32,000 nucleotides of DNA, taken from Haloferax volcanii DS2 (GTDB lineage Archaea > Halobacteriota > Halobacteria > Halobacteriales > Haloferacaceae). The stretch is from NCBI RefSeq assembly GCF_000025685.1, contig NC_013966.1, positions 240,001-272,000 on the forward strand, given 5' to 3'. A model generated the notes under the pieces. It was given only the letters and a program-made list of their open reading frames with translations, made no database searches and was not told the origin of the DNA. This document shows positions 8,590-16,731 of this stretch, one piece after another; positions within the stretch are counted from its first letter, which is position 1; each line of letters starts with the position of its first letter. A program made the position numbers and the translations under genes.

Positions 8590-9135
8590 GGTTGTTGAGT
8601 AGGTGCCTACGACAGCCCCCTCACCCCTCTCGGGGGTGACAAACTCCACCGCGGATCGCACCCTCATCTAATGAGTGGATTCTGATATGTTTACGAGAGA
8701 CGCTCGTCGTTTGATGGCCCTTCGGCCGGAGAGAGCCAGCGGCGTTTGCACCCGTGTACCCTAGCCTTCCTTTGGATGATTTTGGAGGTGCAGAGAGAGT
8801 TGAAACGCCCTTAGATTTAGCAAGAGGTCCGTCGGGCAGTTTTCAGGCGTTACTAATGTCCTCGACGGGTTCCGAAAGATGGTGATTCAGCGAGATTGTG
8901 CTTGACGAGGTGTTGAAAGCCCCGTATTCGGGAGGGTTGGAGTCAAATTAGAATCAAGCCCTAGCAGAACTGACCGACCCCAGCTGATGAGTTGCGAGAC
9001 TATCCTTCCAGCACGATACCCATTCTTGCCCGAATTGGTCGACTGAAAGCCTGAAAAGTGCATGACGGGTTTTCAATCTCCGTCACATCGCTGTCCGCTG
9101 AGAATAGTAATCTAACTGATGGTTGGCTATCTGCG

Positions 9136-9726
9136 TCAGAACTCGTTTCCGTTACCCTCCGCTCCACTTAGTTGGTCATACATCTCGTCTGGGAATGGGA
9201 GACTTCCCCAGATCGAGTAGGGGCACTGCTCCTGGCCGATGCAGTACCGCTGCATATCGTCGTTGTCACAGTTCATCGGAAGCGGGGTGTCGCCTCCAAT
9301 GGTGTTCGAGAACTCGTAGCGAATCTGGTAATCGGTGACCTGTTCGTCGTACCAGGGCCACCGCGAGAAGACGTCCTTGAGGTCTGCGACAATCGTCTCG
9401 AGGTCACTATCCTGGTACTGGGGAAGCCACATCACCATCCGGGCGAAGTTGTACAGGTCCTTTCGGACAGGCTTCTTCTCGTGGAGGCGCTCGGCCATAT
9501 TCGCCATACAGGGAAGCTCGAACAGGTCTTCGATTGCCTCGACGTCGATGGACTGGACGCCACGAGAAGACTCCTGAATCCGATAGTGGTTCGTATTTCC
9601 GTGCTCTCGAATGGTCAGACTCCGGTGGTCGCGCTGGGATGCGAGAAGGTTCCCGAGACTTCGAGGACTCGAGATGCGATTACATACGTCTCGCTTCCAG
9701 CCTGCTTCCGGGTCGTAGGACTCCAC
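9136..9726 (-). CDS. hypothetical Cys-containing protein. The frame stays open and protein-like upstream to about 9900 with no canonical start.
   Basis: The GTG-started ORF includes WPWYDEQVTDYQIRYEFS and C-x8-C-x6-C (MNCDNDDMQRYCIGQEQCPYS). The in-frame upstream extension reads ESAITERIDRFIETGHHERIWRDWNPGERTIRVLRDAIRDAPDEVVSLGEFHSAKELFEAV. Confidence 0.55.
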   Translation of the reverse strand: MESYDPEAGWKRDVCNRISSPRSLGNLLASQRDHRSLTIREHGNTNHYRIQESSRGVQSIDVEAIEDLFELPCMANMAERLHEKKPVRKDLYNFARMVMWLPQYQDSDLETIVADLKDVFSRWPWYDEQVTDYQIRYEFSNTIGGDTPLPMNCDNDDMQRYCIGQEQCPYSIWGSLPFPDEMYDQLSGAEGNGNEF

Positions 9727-9904
9727 TGCTTCAAACAGCTCCTTCGCCGAGTGGAACTCCCCCAGTGAGACGACCTCGTCTGGAGCGTCTCGAATCGCAT
9801 CCCGGAGTACACGGATGGTCCGTTCACCGGGGTTCCAATCTCGCCAGATCCGTTCGTGGTGTCCCGTCTCGATGAAGCGGTCGATACGCTCTGTGATGGC
9901 TGAC

Positions 9905-10330
9905 TCATTCGTCGTTAGGTTTGTCGGTCGTCAAGAGAACGACGTGATCCGCCTGCTCTGTATCGAGTACCTGAGCAGCAAGCTCCACGAGTGCCGTGTC
10001 CGCTTTCTCGGTGATATCTTCGTCACGGCCAGTCTCGTTAGCGATAAACCGGCGGGCTTCGTCCATCACCGTCGAGACAAGCGGGTTGGTGTAGTCAAGT
10101 TCGTCGGCAACCACGATCCAGCCCTCCTCGAATCCATCGGGATAGGGAATATTTCCCGAGGGATACGCGTCCGCTGCCGGATCGCCACCGAGTTCTTCGT
10201 AGACGCGTTGGGGGACACGCAATGAGACACCAGCCTGTTAGAGTGCTCGACGGAGCCGTTGAAATTTGTCTTTGTCGGGCCCACCACACCGAACGAAGAC
10301 ACCGGTATCGGCGATATACACCGTCGTCAT
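9905..10330 (-). pseudogene. PIN-domain nuclease (VapC-like) with an in-frame TAA at 10238-10240
   Basis: ATG 10330 gives MTTVYIADTGVFVRCGGPDKDKFQRLRRAL*QAGVSLRVPQRVYEELGG...VVLLTTDK. Conserved PIN acidic positions are present (IADTG, YEEL, TTD). The ATG overlaps the upstream stop in an ATGA. Confidence 0.7.
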
Positions 10331-10863
10331 GCACCGGAATCGGCGTACTCAGTGGCAACTGGTTCCAGCGCCTGGAGAATGATCTCGGCTTCAAGCGGTG
10401 AAAGGTCAAGTTCCCGGGACGCAATCCGATGATTGACCGTACCGTCGACGTACTCGGAAGCGTACTCGAGGGCGACAGCAAGCCCGTCGAGACCATGTCG
10501 CTCGATGTAGATGTCGATATCTTCGTCCTGGTCGCGGCGGGCAACAGCGGCGATAAGTGCTGGTGTGATTGTTTGGGTTTCACCGTCTGTCGAGAGCGTA
10601 AGTGCGATGGACTCGGCATCGTATTCGTACGGGCGCTGCTCACGGACTTTCTCTACTAACCCAGCTGTTTCGAGGTTCTGCATATAGTCGTAAGCAGTTC
10701 CCTGTGGGATATCGAGTTCGTCGACCAACTCGGACACGGTGACCGGTCCGTGTTGTAAGGTATGGGCATACAGCCGAGCAAGTGTGGGTGTGTCGAGGAG
10801 GTTGGCCACCGTCTGAAGCTGCTGAATCGGTGGGCGGCCTGACCGTGGAGGTGACTGCGCCAT
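10327..10863 (-). CDS. winged-helix transcriptional regulator (178 aa), candidate antitoxin/regulator of the PIN gene
   Basis: wHTH segment VTVSELVDELDIPQGTAYDYMQNLETAGLVEKV. Its stop overlaps the PIN start (ATGA at 10327-10330). Confidence 0.75.
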   Translation of the reverse strand: MAQSPPRSGRPPIQQLQTVANLLDTPTLARLYAHTLQHGPVTVSELVDELDIPQGTAYDYMQNLETAGLVEKVREQRPYEYDAESIALTLSTDGETQTITPALIAAVARRDQDEDIDIYIERHGLDGLAVALEYASEYVDGTVNHRIASRELDLSPLEAEIILQALEPVATEYADSGA

Positions 10864-10981
10864 CTTACTTACGAATTATCCATAATTCGTGATAAGACAT
10901 TCGGGGAAGGACCAAACTCACAATCGATTTGCCACTCGCCGAGAGGCAGTCGCTCGCTGCGGTTCTACAGGCGGAGAAGGC

Positions 10982-11016
10982 CGAGTGCCTCGGGGCTTGA
11001 CCCCGAAGCAGTTCAC
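10982..11016. repeat. 35 bp hairpin-containing repeat, copy 1 (partner at 12920-12954)
   Basis: cgagtgcctcggggcttgaccccgaagcagttcac versus cgagtgcctcggagcttgaccccgaggtggttcac (31/35). It contains the stem CCTCGG(G/A)G...CCCCGA(A/G)GG. Confidence 0.7.
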
Positions 11017-11378
11017 GCGGAGCAACACGAAGAACTCTGGACAGAGTTCGTTGAGGAGGCTGTCGAACGCGCAGACTATCCGGAGCTGAAGGAAACGCCA
11101 GGTCGATTGAAAACAGCGTTCGCTGAAAAGATTCGGAACCTCAACTAAACGGTTCTGTTAGTCTTGGAGCGTGGCGACTGCTCGGCCTGTTTCCTCGGCC
11201 TCTTCGCTGCGCGACATGTTGTACGTCGCGAGTGCTTCGTCAACCGCTTCATCAAGACTCATTGGTCAATCTAATCTTGATTCTTCTGTCGTATAAATAC
11301 TTGCCTGGCTAAAACGTCAGCCCTCTCGGTGGGAAGATCACAACCCAAACCACGCACAATCTGCTCGCTTTTCAAACT

Positions 11379-12776
11379 CAGTACCTCACAAAGCATCCTC
11401 GCCTAGCTGTCTCTGAAGCCTGAATTCTGTGGCCGAGCGGTTGCATTGGCGGTCTCGACGACAGAATCATGGACGGATCGGCGGAGAGCCGTCGCTGTCG
11501 GCGGCGGCTGCCGCCGACGCGACAGCGTCGCCACTCCCACTGTTGGCTAGCCCGGTCGGGAGTTACCGGTGGAACCGGTCGTCTGGTGGTCGGTTCGCGG
11601 GGACGGCCCGACGCACCGCGAGGGCCGTCCACGCTGCTCGACGGACCATATTGATGAACTCCTTGAACGACCACTCCCAGAGGCGACGCCCCCCACGGCG
11701 GGGCGTCGCCACGTACTCCCAGTGCAAATACCGCCAGACGTTCTGTAACAGCAGGCTCACCACGACGTACAACAGCCGTACGACCGGATTTTGTGTCGAG
11801 GTCGTCGCGATACTTTGCTCGGAGAGTCGATAGCTTGCCTCGATACCGAAGCGTTTCGCGTAGTGGTATCGAGCGTCCCGTGGTGAGTCGATGAACGGCG
11901 CGTCAGCGGCGTAGCCGTGACGCGCCACGCCATGTTCGTCGTACCGTCCGTTCTGGTAGGTACAGTCGATGTAGACGGGAAACTCGACGGTCCAGCTGTG
12001 ACCGTCGAGTTTCGCTGTCAGACTGTGCTGAATCACGCGACTCCACCCTTCTGAGAGTTCTCGCTTGATCGTCCGTCCCCAGCGGACGATCGGCATGACG
12101 TAGGCGTGGTTGTGCGCCTGAAGCAGCGTCAAACACTTGCTGTCGTAGAATTCGCGGTCAAGATAGACGGCCTTGACACCGAGGTCAAGGCCGTCGAGAA
12201 TACCGAGGAACTCTGCGAGGACACTGCTGGCGGTGTCGCCGTCTTCGAGACGGCGCACCGCCAGCGTGTAGCGTTTGTTCTTCACGCGTGCGTACAGTGT
12301 CGCGTACGCGTGAAACGCGGTGGTTCCACGCTTCGCTTGTGAGTGATACAGGCCGTCTGTATCGTCTTCGTCGCCGTAGTAGGGCCGCAGGTGGAGGTCT
12401 GCGCAGACCTCCACCTGCTGGGGAAGGACGTCGAGAACGTCTTTCTGGAGGAGCGTGTTCCCGATTTGTTCGAGCGTCTCGAGGTCGAACTTGGTGCGGA
12501 GATGGTAGAGAACCGAGTTTTCGTGAGGTGCATCTTCGCTTCTCTTGCAGAGTGTAGAGACCGAGGTCCCGTCGGCGCAGGCGCCGACGAGGACCTCGTA
12601 GATGTCTTCAGCATCGAGTTCAGCGTTTTCAGCGAGTGAGAGAGCAACTTCCTCGTCAAGAGAGTTGACGAGGAAGTTAAGGAGCTGGTCCTCGTGGATT
12701 TCATCGTCTGTTTGCTGGTTGTTGGACACATCTTCAGCAAGCAGACCTTCTAACTAAACGGCTTTGTGAGGTACTG
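11379..12776 (-). mobile_element. ISH3-family insertion sequence, copy A, 1398 bp, 5 bp TSD
   Basis: Perfect 16 bp IRs CAGTACCTCACAAAGC at both ends. Direct duplication AAACT at 11374-11378 and 12777-12781. Confidence 0.9.
11563..12729 (-). CDS. ISH3-family transposase (388 aa)
   Basis: Full-length ORF inside the IR-bounded element. It has 9 aa differences from the copy at 24290..25456. Confidence 0.9.
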   Translation of the reverse strand: MSNNQQTDDEIHEDQLLNFLVNSLDEEVALSLAENAELDAEDIYEVLVGACADGTSVSTLCKRSEDAPHENSVLYHLRTKFDLETLEQIGNTLLQKDVLDVLPQQVEVCADLHLRPYYGDEDDTDGLYHSQAKRGTTAFHAYATLYARVKNKRYTLAVRRLEDGDTASSVLAEFLGILDGLDLGVKAVYLDREFYDSKCLTLLQAHNHAYVMPIVRWGRTIKRELSEGWSRVIQHSLTAKLDGHSWTVEFPVYIDCTYQNGRYDEHGVARHGYAADAPFIDSPRDARYHYAKRFGIEASYRLSEQSIATTSTQNPVVRLLYVVVSLLLQNVWRYLHWEYVATPRRGGRRLWEWSFKEFINMVRRAAWTALAVRRAVPANRPPDDRFHR

Positions 12777-12919
12777 AAACTGGACCAAGCAGACAGTAGC
12801 TCTCGTGTTGTACACACCGGTTCGTTGTTAGTGATCCCAACTGGACCCGTGGGGCTTGTCAGTAGACTCGAGCCGTCGTAACGAAGGGCGGCAGCGCAAT
12901 CGCAGTTCAGGTATCAACC

Positions 12920-12954
12920 CGAGTGCCTCGGAGCTTGACCCCGAGGTGGTTCAC
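12920..12954. repeat. 35 bp hairpin-containing repeat, copy 2
   Basis: See 10982-11016. This copy overlaps the stop codon of the gene at 12951..13325. Confidence 0.7.
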
Positions 12955-13325
12955 TCTGTACCAGAGTCTGCATCTTCAGACTCATCGAGATCAGGGAGAT
13001 TTGCATCCCAGTCCGGATTCTCGTCGTAGTAGTCGCCCTCAAACTGCTCGCTCACGGCAGCCAAGCCAATCAAGCTCGCAGTATGTGCATCGTAGGCGTC
13101 GGGATTGATCGCCCAATACTCGCCCTTGTGACGCACAAACCCCTGGTTATGGAGTCTGCTGAGCGTCGTTCCAACACTTCCTCGTGGGATGTCGAGCGCC
13201 TCAACAATCTCACCCGCTCGATAGCCTGTTTCTGGAGTCGCTGCGAGGAAGCGAAGAATGGTCCGTCCATTCGTATTCGGTCCTGGAAGATCCGATGGCT
13301 GGTAGTTTTCGAAATCAACGGGCAT
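12951..13325 (-). CDS. MarR-like winged-helix regulator (124 aa)
   Basis: From ATG 13325 the sequence reads MPVDFENYQ...GRTILRFLAATPETGYRAGEIVEALDIPRGSVGTTLSRLHNQGFVRHKGEYWAI. The tail is acidic. The longer track ORF reaching 13475 has a basic, non-halophilic N-terminus. Confidence 0.7.
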   Translation of the reverse strand: MPVDFENYQPSDLPGPNTNGRTILRFLAATPETGYRAGEIVEALDIPRGSVGTTLSRLHNQGFVRHKGEYWAINPDAYDAHTASLIGLAAVSEQFEGDYYDENPDWDANLPDLDESEDADSGTE

Positions 13326-13461
13326 ATGTAACAGTATGTAACGGAAAGTAATAGACTTGCCGGAGTAGTTGTTCCAAAGTACTCTTTGGACGCTGGAACG
13401 TCTCGATCGACGCGTTCTCCCAATAGAAGTGCGATGAATCTGAGGTCGTTGAGGGATACTA

Positions 13462-13497
13462 GTTTTTACTGGCAAAAGTGGTGTGTCTGACAGAGTA
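13462..13497. repeat. 35 bp intergenic repeat, copy 1 (partner at 14769-14804)
   Basis: tttttactggcaaaagtggtgtgtctgacagagta versus gttttactggcaagagtggtgtgtctgatagggta (31/35). Both copies lie in divergent promoter regions. Confidence 0.75.
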
Positions 13498-13728
13498 TCC
13501 GCAGAGTGGCGAGTTATCTAGCGAGGGACTGTTGAAAGCCAGAGACGGCACAGTATCCGCATCAATGGGCGTTGTCAGGGGGGAGTCGCCTACTCTTGGC
13601 CTAAAGTTCTCTGCGAGTTTCTCGGGGAGATTCAAGATGCAGCGGAACTCAATTTCACAGAACGGTTGGGCTGCTCTGCCTGTAGAAATGCACTGGAATA
13701 CCAATAGGAATCATCTCCACCACAAACC

Positions 13729-14132
13729 ATGACTAGAAACACACTCACCGTCCGTGTCGAATCGAACGACGAGTTCTTCGACCGTGCACTTGAAGCCGCA
13801 GCGAAAGCCGACGCTGGTGAACTGACTGATGACCACACTGGCGTCTCACTTCCAGACGAGGCTGCACTTGCACGTGTTCTGAGCGAAAAGATCTCGAACT
13901 GATCCGGACTACTGCCCGCGAAGAACCGAAGAGTCTCCGCGAACTCGCACGACTCGTTAATCGTGACATCAAGAACGTCTCGACCGCGGTCAACGACCTC
14001 GCAGAACTCGGACTTGTCGAATTTGAACAGGATGGCCGATCAAAGCGGCCGGTCGTCTGGTACAGCGACATCCACGTTGAGTACGACCTTGGCGTTGAGG
14101 CGGATGATACCGAGGTCGCTGCACAGAATTAG
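13729..14132 (+). pseudogene. HTH DNA-binding protein with a -1 frameshift near 13891
   Basis: Frame 1 reads MTRNTLTVRVESNDEFFDRALEAAAKADAGELTDDHTGVSLPDEAALARVLSEKISN* (stop at 13900-13902). The next frame continues ELIRTTAREEPKSLRELARLVNRDIKNVSTAVNDLAELGLVEFEQDGRSKRPVVWY... to 14132. Total length is 404 nt, which is 3n-1. Confidence 0.7.
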
Positions 14133-14137
14133 CTTGA

Positions 14138-14551
14138 CTACTGCTGTTCTGGACGGGGTGCGTTCTCGTACTTGACCATCTTCTCGGGCTTGTCGGAGAT
14201 AGTCTCGTAGATTTGCTGGAGCGTCTCCTCAGCGGCGAGCAGATTGTGTTCCTCAAGGAATGTTCGACCGTCCTCAGTCAGGCCGTAGAACTTCCAAGGA
14301 TAGCCTTGTCGGCGCTGGTCGTCGTCAAGTGCGACTTCTTTGACGATGCCGGCGTCGATCAACTTCTGGATGTGCTTGTAGACGGTGGCATCGCTGACGC
14401 TGGGGTTGAACTCCTCAAGTTCGTACATTGAAGGCAGCTGCTTGGGGTGCTGGAGGATGTTATTGACGAGCGCGAACCGCGTCTGCTGGGTGACGAAATG
14501 GATGAGTTCACGGGACCTCTCTCCACCAGCGGTTCCCAGATCGGTACTCAT
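14138..14551 (-). CDS. winged-helix transcriptional regulator (137 aa)
   Basis: wHTH segment LPSMYELEEFNPSVSDATVYKHIQKLIDAGIVKEV followed by a wing (GYPWKFYGLTEDG). Confidence 0.75.
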   Translation of the reverse strand: MSTDLGTAGGERSRELIHFVTQQTRFALVNNILQHPKQLPSMYELEEFNPSVSDATVYKHIQKLIDAGIVKEVALDDDQRRQGYPWKFYGLTEDGRTFLEEHNLLAAEETLQQIYETISDKPEKMVKYENAPRPEQQ

Positions 14552-14768
14552 ACATCACAGTTCGCACTCTGACGCAAAGTAGTTTACCCTTGGGTAAATC
14601 ACTCTGGGATAAACCAAAATGAATCTGAATGGGTGACTTAGTTGATGTGTCCGGAGAACTCCCGTGACGAGGAACGGAATCGCCATTCTCGACCGAATTA
14701 CTACTGTGTGAGTGCCGGGTCACTATCGGTTCCAAATCACGTCTTCATAGCGGCTGTTGATGGGTGCT

Positions 14769-14804
14769 GGTTTTACTGGCAAGAGTGGTGTGTCTGATAG
14801 GGTA
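14769..14804. repeat. 35 bp intergenic repeat, copy 2
   Basis: See 13462-13497. It lies 85 nt upstream of the ATPase ATG at 14889 and is followed by the tandem TAGCCTATT-N6-TAGCCTATT (14813-14836). Confidence 0.75.
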
Positions 14805-14888
14805 ATTGAAGATAGCCTATTTCAGAATAGCCTATTCTGTATTTGGTTATTCGGCATGATTAACTTCTTGCGAGAATATATGTGGTTC

Positions 14889-16274
14889 ATGGAACGCTTT
14901 GTGGATCGGGAAATCGAATTATCTCGGCTGCGAGAGTCCTACGCGTCCGACAGCCCAGAGATGATTGTTATCTTTGGACGGCGTCGCCTCGGAAAGACAC
15001 AACTCGTTCAACACTCACTCACGCAGCGAGATGATGCCGTCGTATACCAAGCGACGCAGACGACACCACAGGTGCAACTCGACGAATTCGTTGACGTCGC
15101 TTCAGGTTCCTTCCCTGGAATCGAACACATCAAACAGAATTGGGAGTCACTACTCGGATATCTTGTCGAACAAGGCGGAATTGTCGTACTCGACGAATTT
15201 CCATATCTCATCGACGCCGACAAGAGCATCCCTTCGGTGATTCAGCGATTGTGGGACCAACGCCTCCAGAACACGAGTGGAACACTCATCCTCGTTGGAT
15301 CATCGATTAGCATGATGGAGGAAGCAACCCTGTTAGGAAACAGCCCACTTTACGGGCGATTCACCGAGAAAATCGATCTCCGACAACTCGGATTTGCTGC
15401 TGCCCAGGAGTTCTTCCCGGACAGCTACAAGCCTGAAGACCGAATTTTTGCATGGGGCATCTTCGGTGGTGTTCCATACTATCTCGATGGCATTGACCTT
15501 GAGCACGACCTTGGAACCGTGATTTCTGACTCCCTCCTCTCACAGCGGGGATATCTCCATAACGAACCGGAGTACGTCCTCCGAACTGAGTTAACTGAGC
15601 CGAATCGATACTTTGCGATTCTCAAGGCCATCGCTGCAGGGAATACCACGTCAAACGAGATTGCACAGATGGTTGGGATCGACGGAAAACAGATTTCGAC
15701 CTACACCCAGAAGCTAGAGCGCCTTCGGCTCATCGAACGTGAAGTCCCACTCACAGAAGAGAAAGCTCGCTCTCGCCGTGGCCGGTACCGTATTCTCGAC
15801 CCGCTATTTCGGTTTTGGTTCCGATTTGTCTACGGGAACGAAGATCGATACGAGCGATTGGGCGACGAAGCGTATGAGGCAGTCATCGAGCCTGAGCTCC
15901 CTGACTTCGTGAGTTCACAGTTTGAAGTCCTCTGCCAGGATGCGCTTCCTGGATTGTACCCGGATAAAACGTTCTTAGATATCGGCCGGTGGTGGTACAA
16001 AGAACACGAAGTCGACGTCGTCGGTTTCACTACGGAGGGAACGATGGTCGTCGGCGAGTGTAAATTCACGAACGCCCCGCTCGACTATAGTGCGCTTGCG
16101 TCACTCGAAGAACACACAGAAGAGATCAGATGGACCCCTGACAGTGGCGGAGATATCGACAAAGAGTATGCACTGTTTACTCGGAGCGGGGCGACCCAAA
16201 CTGTCCGAGAAGCAGTTGCAAAGCGGGATAACTTGCAGTTGTTTGGGTTAAATGATATAACCAACAACGTGTGA
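14889..16274 (+). CDS. Arch_ATPase/DUF234-type NTPase with an internal wHTH and a C-terminal PD-(D/E)xK-like motif (461 aa)
   Basis: Walker A GRRRLGKT (14976-14999) and Walker B IVVLDEFPYL. wHTH RYFAILKAIAAGNTTSNEIAQMVGIDGKQISTYTQKLERLRLIE. The DUF234-type segment is RYRILDPLFRFWFRFV. The C-terminus reads HEVDVVGF...VVGECKF (about 16008-16064). The start is chosen at ATG 14889 (MERFVDRE). Confidence 0.85.
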   Translation: MERFVDREIELSRLRESYASDSPEMIVIFGRRRLGKTQLVQHSLTQRDDAVVYQATQTTPQVQLDEFVDVASGSFPGIEHIKQNWESLLGYLVEQGGIVVLDEFPYLIDADKSIPSVIQRLWDQRLQNTSGTLILVGSSISMMEEATLLGNSPLYGRFTEKIDLRQLGFAAAQEFFPDSYKPEDRIFAWGIFGGVPYYLDGIDLEHDLGTVISDSLLSQRGYLHNEPEYVLRTELTEPNRYFAILKAIAAGNTTSNEIAQMVGIDGKQISTYTQKLERLRLIEREVPLTEEKARSRRGRYRILDPLFRFWFRFVYGNEDRYERLGDEAYEAVIEPELPDFVSSQFEVLCQDALPGLYPDKTFLDIGRWWYKEHEVDVVGFTTEGTMVVGECKFTNAPLDYSALASLEEHTEEIRWTPDSGGDIDKEYALFTRSGATQTVREAVAKRDNLQLFGLNDITNNV

Positions 16275-16423
16275 CTCACAGCTCTTGGAAGTCTGAGGTG
16301 CAAACATCCCGATGGTTCACCAATTATTCTCGGCGGCACTTGAGTCGACCAAACAACTTTGCTGTGGCATCGTGTGGACACTACTGGAGACAGACTGTGT
16401 CACATGCGTCTCCAGAATCCCCC

Positions 16424-16576
16424 ATGACGAGTGATTCGACGGCGCTTGGTCGATGTCCTGATTGCAGCGAAGTGATTGAAGCATACCAGTCACTCATTGA
16501 GTTCGAAGATGGCGATGGGTCAACTGGCGTGTTCGCTGAGTGCTATTCCTGCGACGAAGTTGTTCGTCCAGAGTGA
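16424..16576 (+). CDS. small zinc-ribbon protein (50 aa)
   Basis: MTSDSTALGRCPDCSEVIEAYQSLIEFEDGDGSTGVFAECYSCDEVVRPE has two CxxC pairs and is acidic. It starts 150 nt downstream of the ATPase stop on the same strand. Confidence 0.5.
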   Translation: MTSDSTALGRCPDCSEVIEAYQSLIEFEDGDGSTGVFAECYSCDEVVRPE

Positions 16577-16646
16577 CGAACTGGTGGTACTTGTCCACGA
16601 GGAAGTCTAGGCTTGCGTCCGAATGTTAGTTGACTCATCGAAGCGC

Positions 16647-16700
16647 GTTGTAACGTAGCGCGAAACTTGTTGATATACCAGTTTCGAGTAGCGTTACAAC
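16647..16700. repeat. imperfect 20 nt-arm inverted repeat (hairpin)
   Basis: GTTGTAACGtagcgCGAAAC (16647-16666), a 14 nt loop, then GTTTCGagtagCGTTACAAC (16681-16700). The outer 9 bp and inner 6 bp are complementary. Confidence 0.5.
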
Positions 16701-16731
16701 CAGAGGAAAACCGGAAGTTGGTATCAGCAGA

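Noticed and set aside
8760-9100. Possible degenerate CRISPR array, suggested by recurring GTTGAAA-type motifs
   Set aside because: There is no regular repeat-spacer periodicity. The motifs are short (under 12 nt) and differ from one another, and no repeat of 24 nt or more is present.
9172-9768. 198 aa ORF on the plus strand
   Set aside because: It is antisense to the protein-like minus-strand ORF at 9136..9726. Its composition is not halophilic.
9615-9908. 97 aa minus-strand ORF starting at the ATGA-coupled ATG 9908
   Set aside because: The translation is Ser/Thr/Arg-rich and basic, and it overlaps a much more protein-like frame. I interpret it as the result of an early frameshift in the real gene. 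Only the ATG itself is kept as evidence of the original start.
10095-10643. 182 aa alternative-frame minus-strand ORF
   Set aside because: It overlaps the wHTH and PIN genes out of frame. Its Ser/Thr/Arg-rich composition is not convincing.
10982-11016. The hairpin repeat as a tRNA fragment or integrase att site
   Set aside because: The stem-loop does not fit anticodon-arm or T-arm geometry, and no integrase gene lies nearby. It is kept only as an unexplained repeat.
11158-11262. 34 aa minus-strand ORF (MSLDEAVDEALATYNMSRSEEAEETGRAVATLQD)
   Set aside because: It is acidic and has an ATG, but it is too short to support without homology or expression data.
14757-14888. N-terminal extension of the ATPase ORF (start at 14757)
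   Set aside because: The extension is hydrophobic and aromatic and overlaps the 35 bp intergenic repeat. The conserved-looking protein begins at MERFVDRE (ATG 14889).
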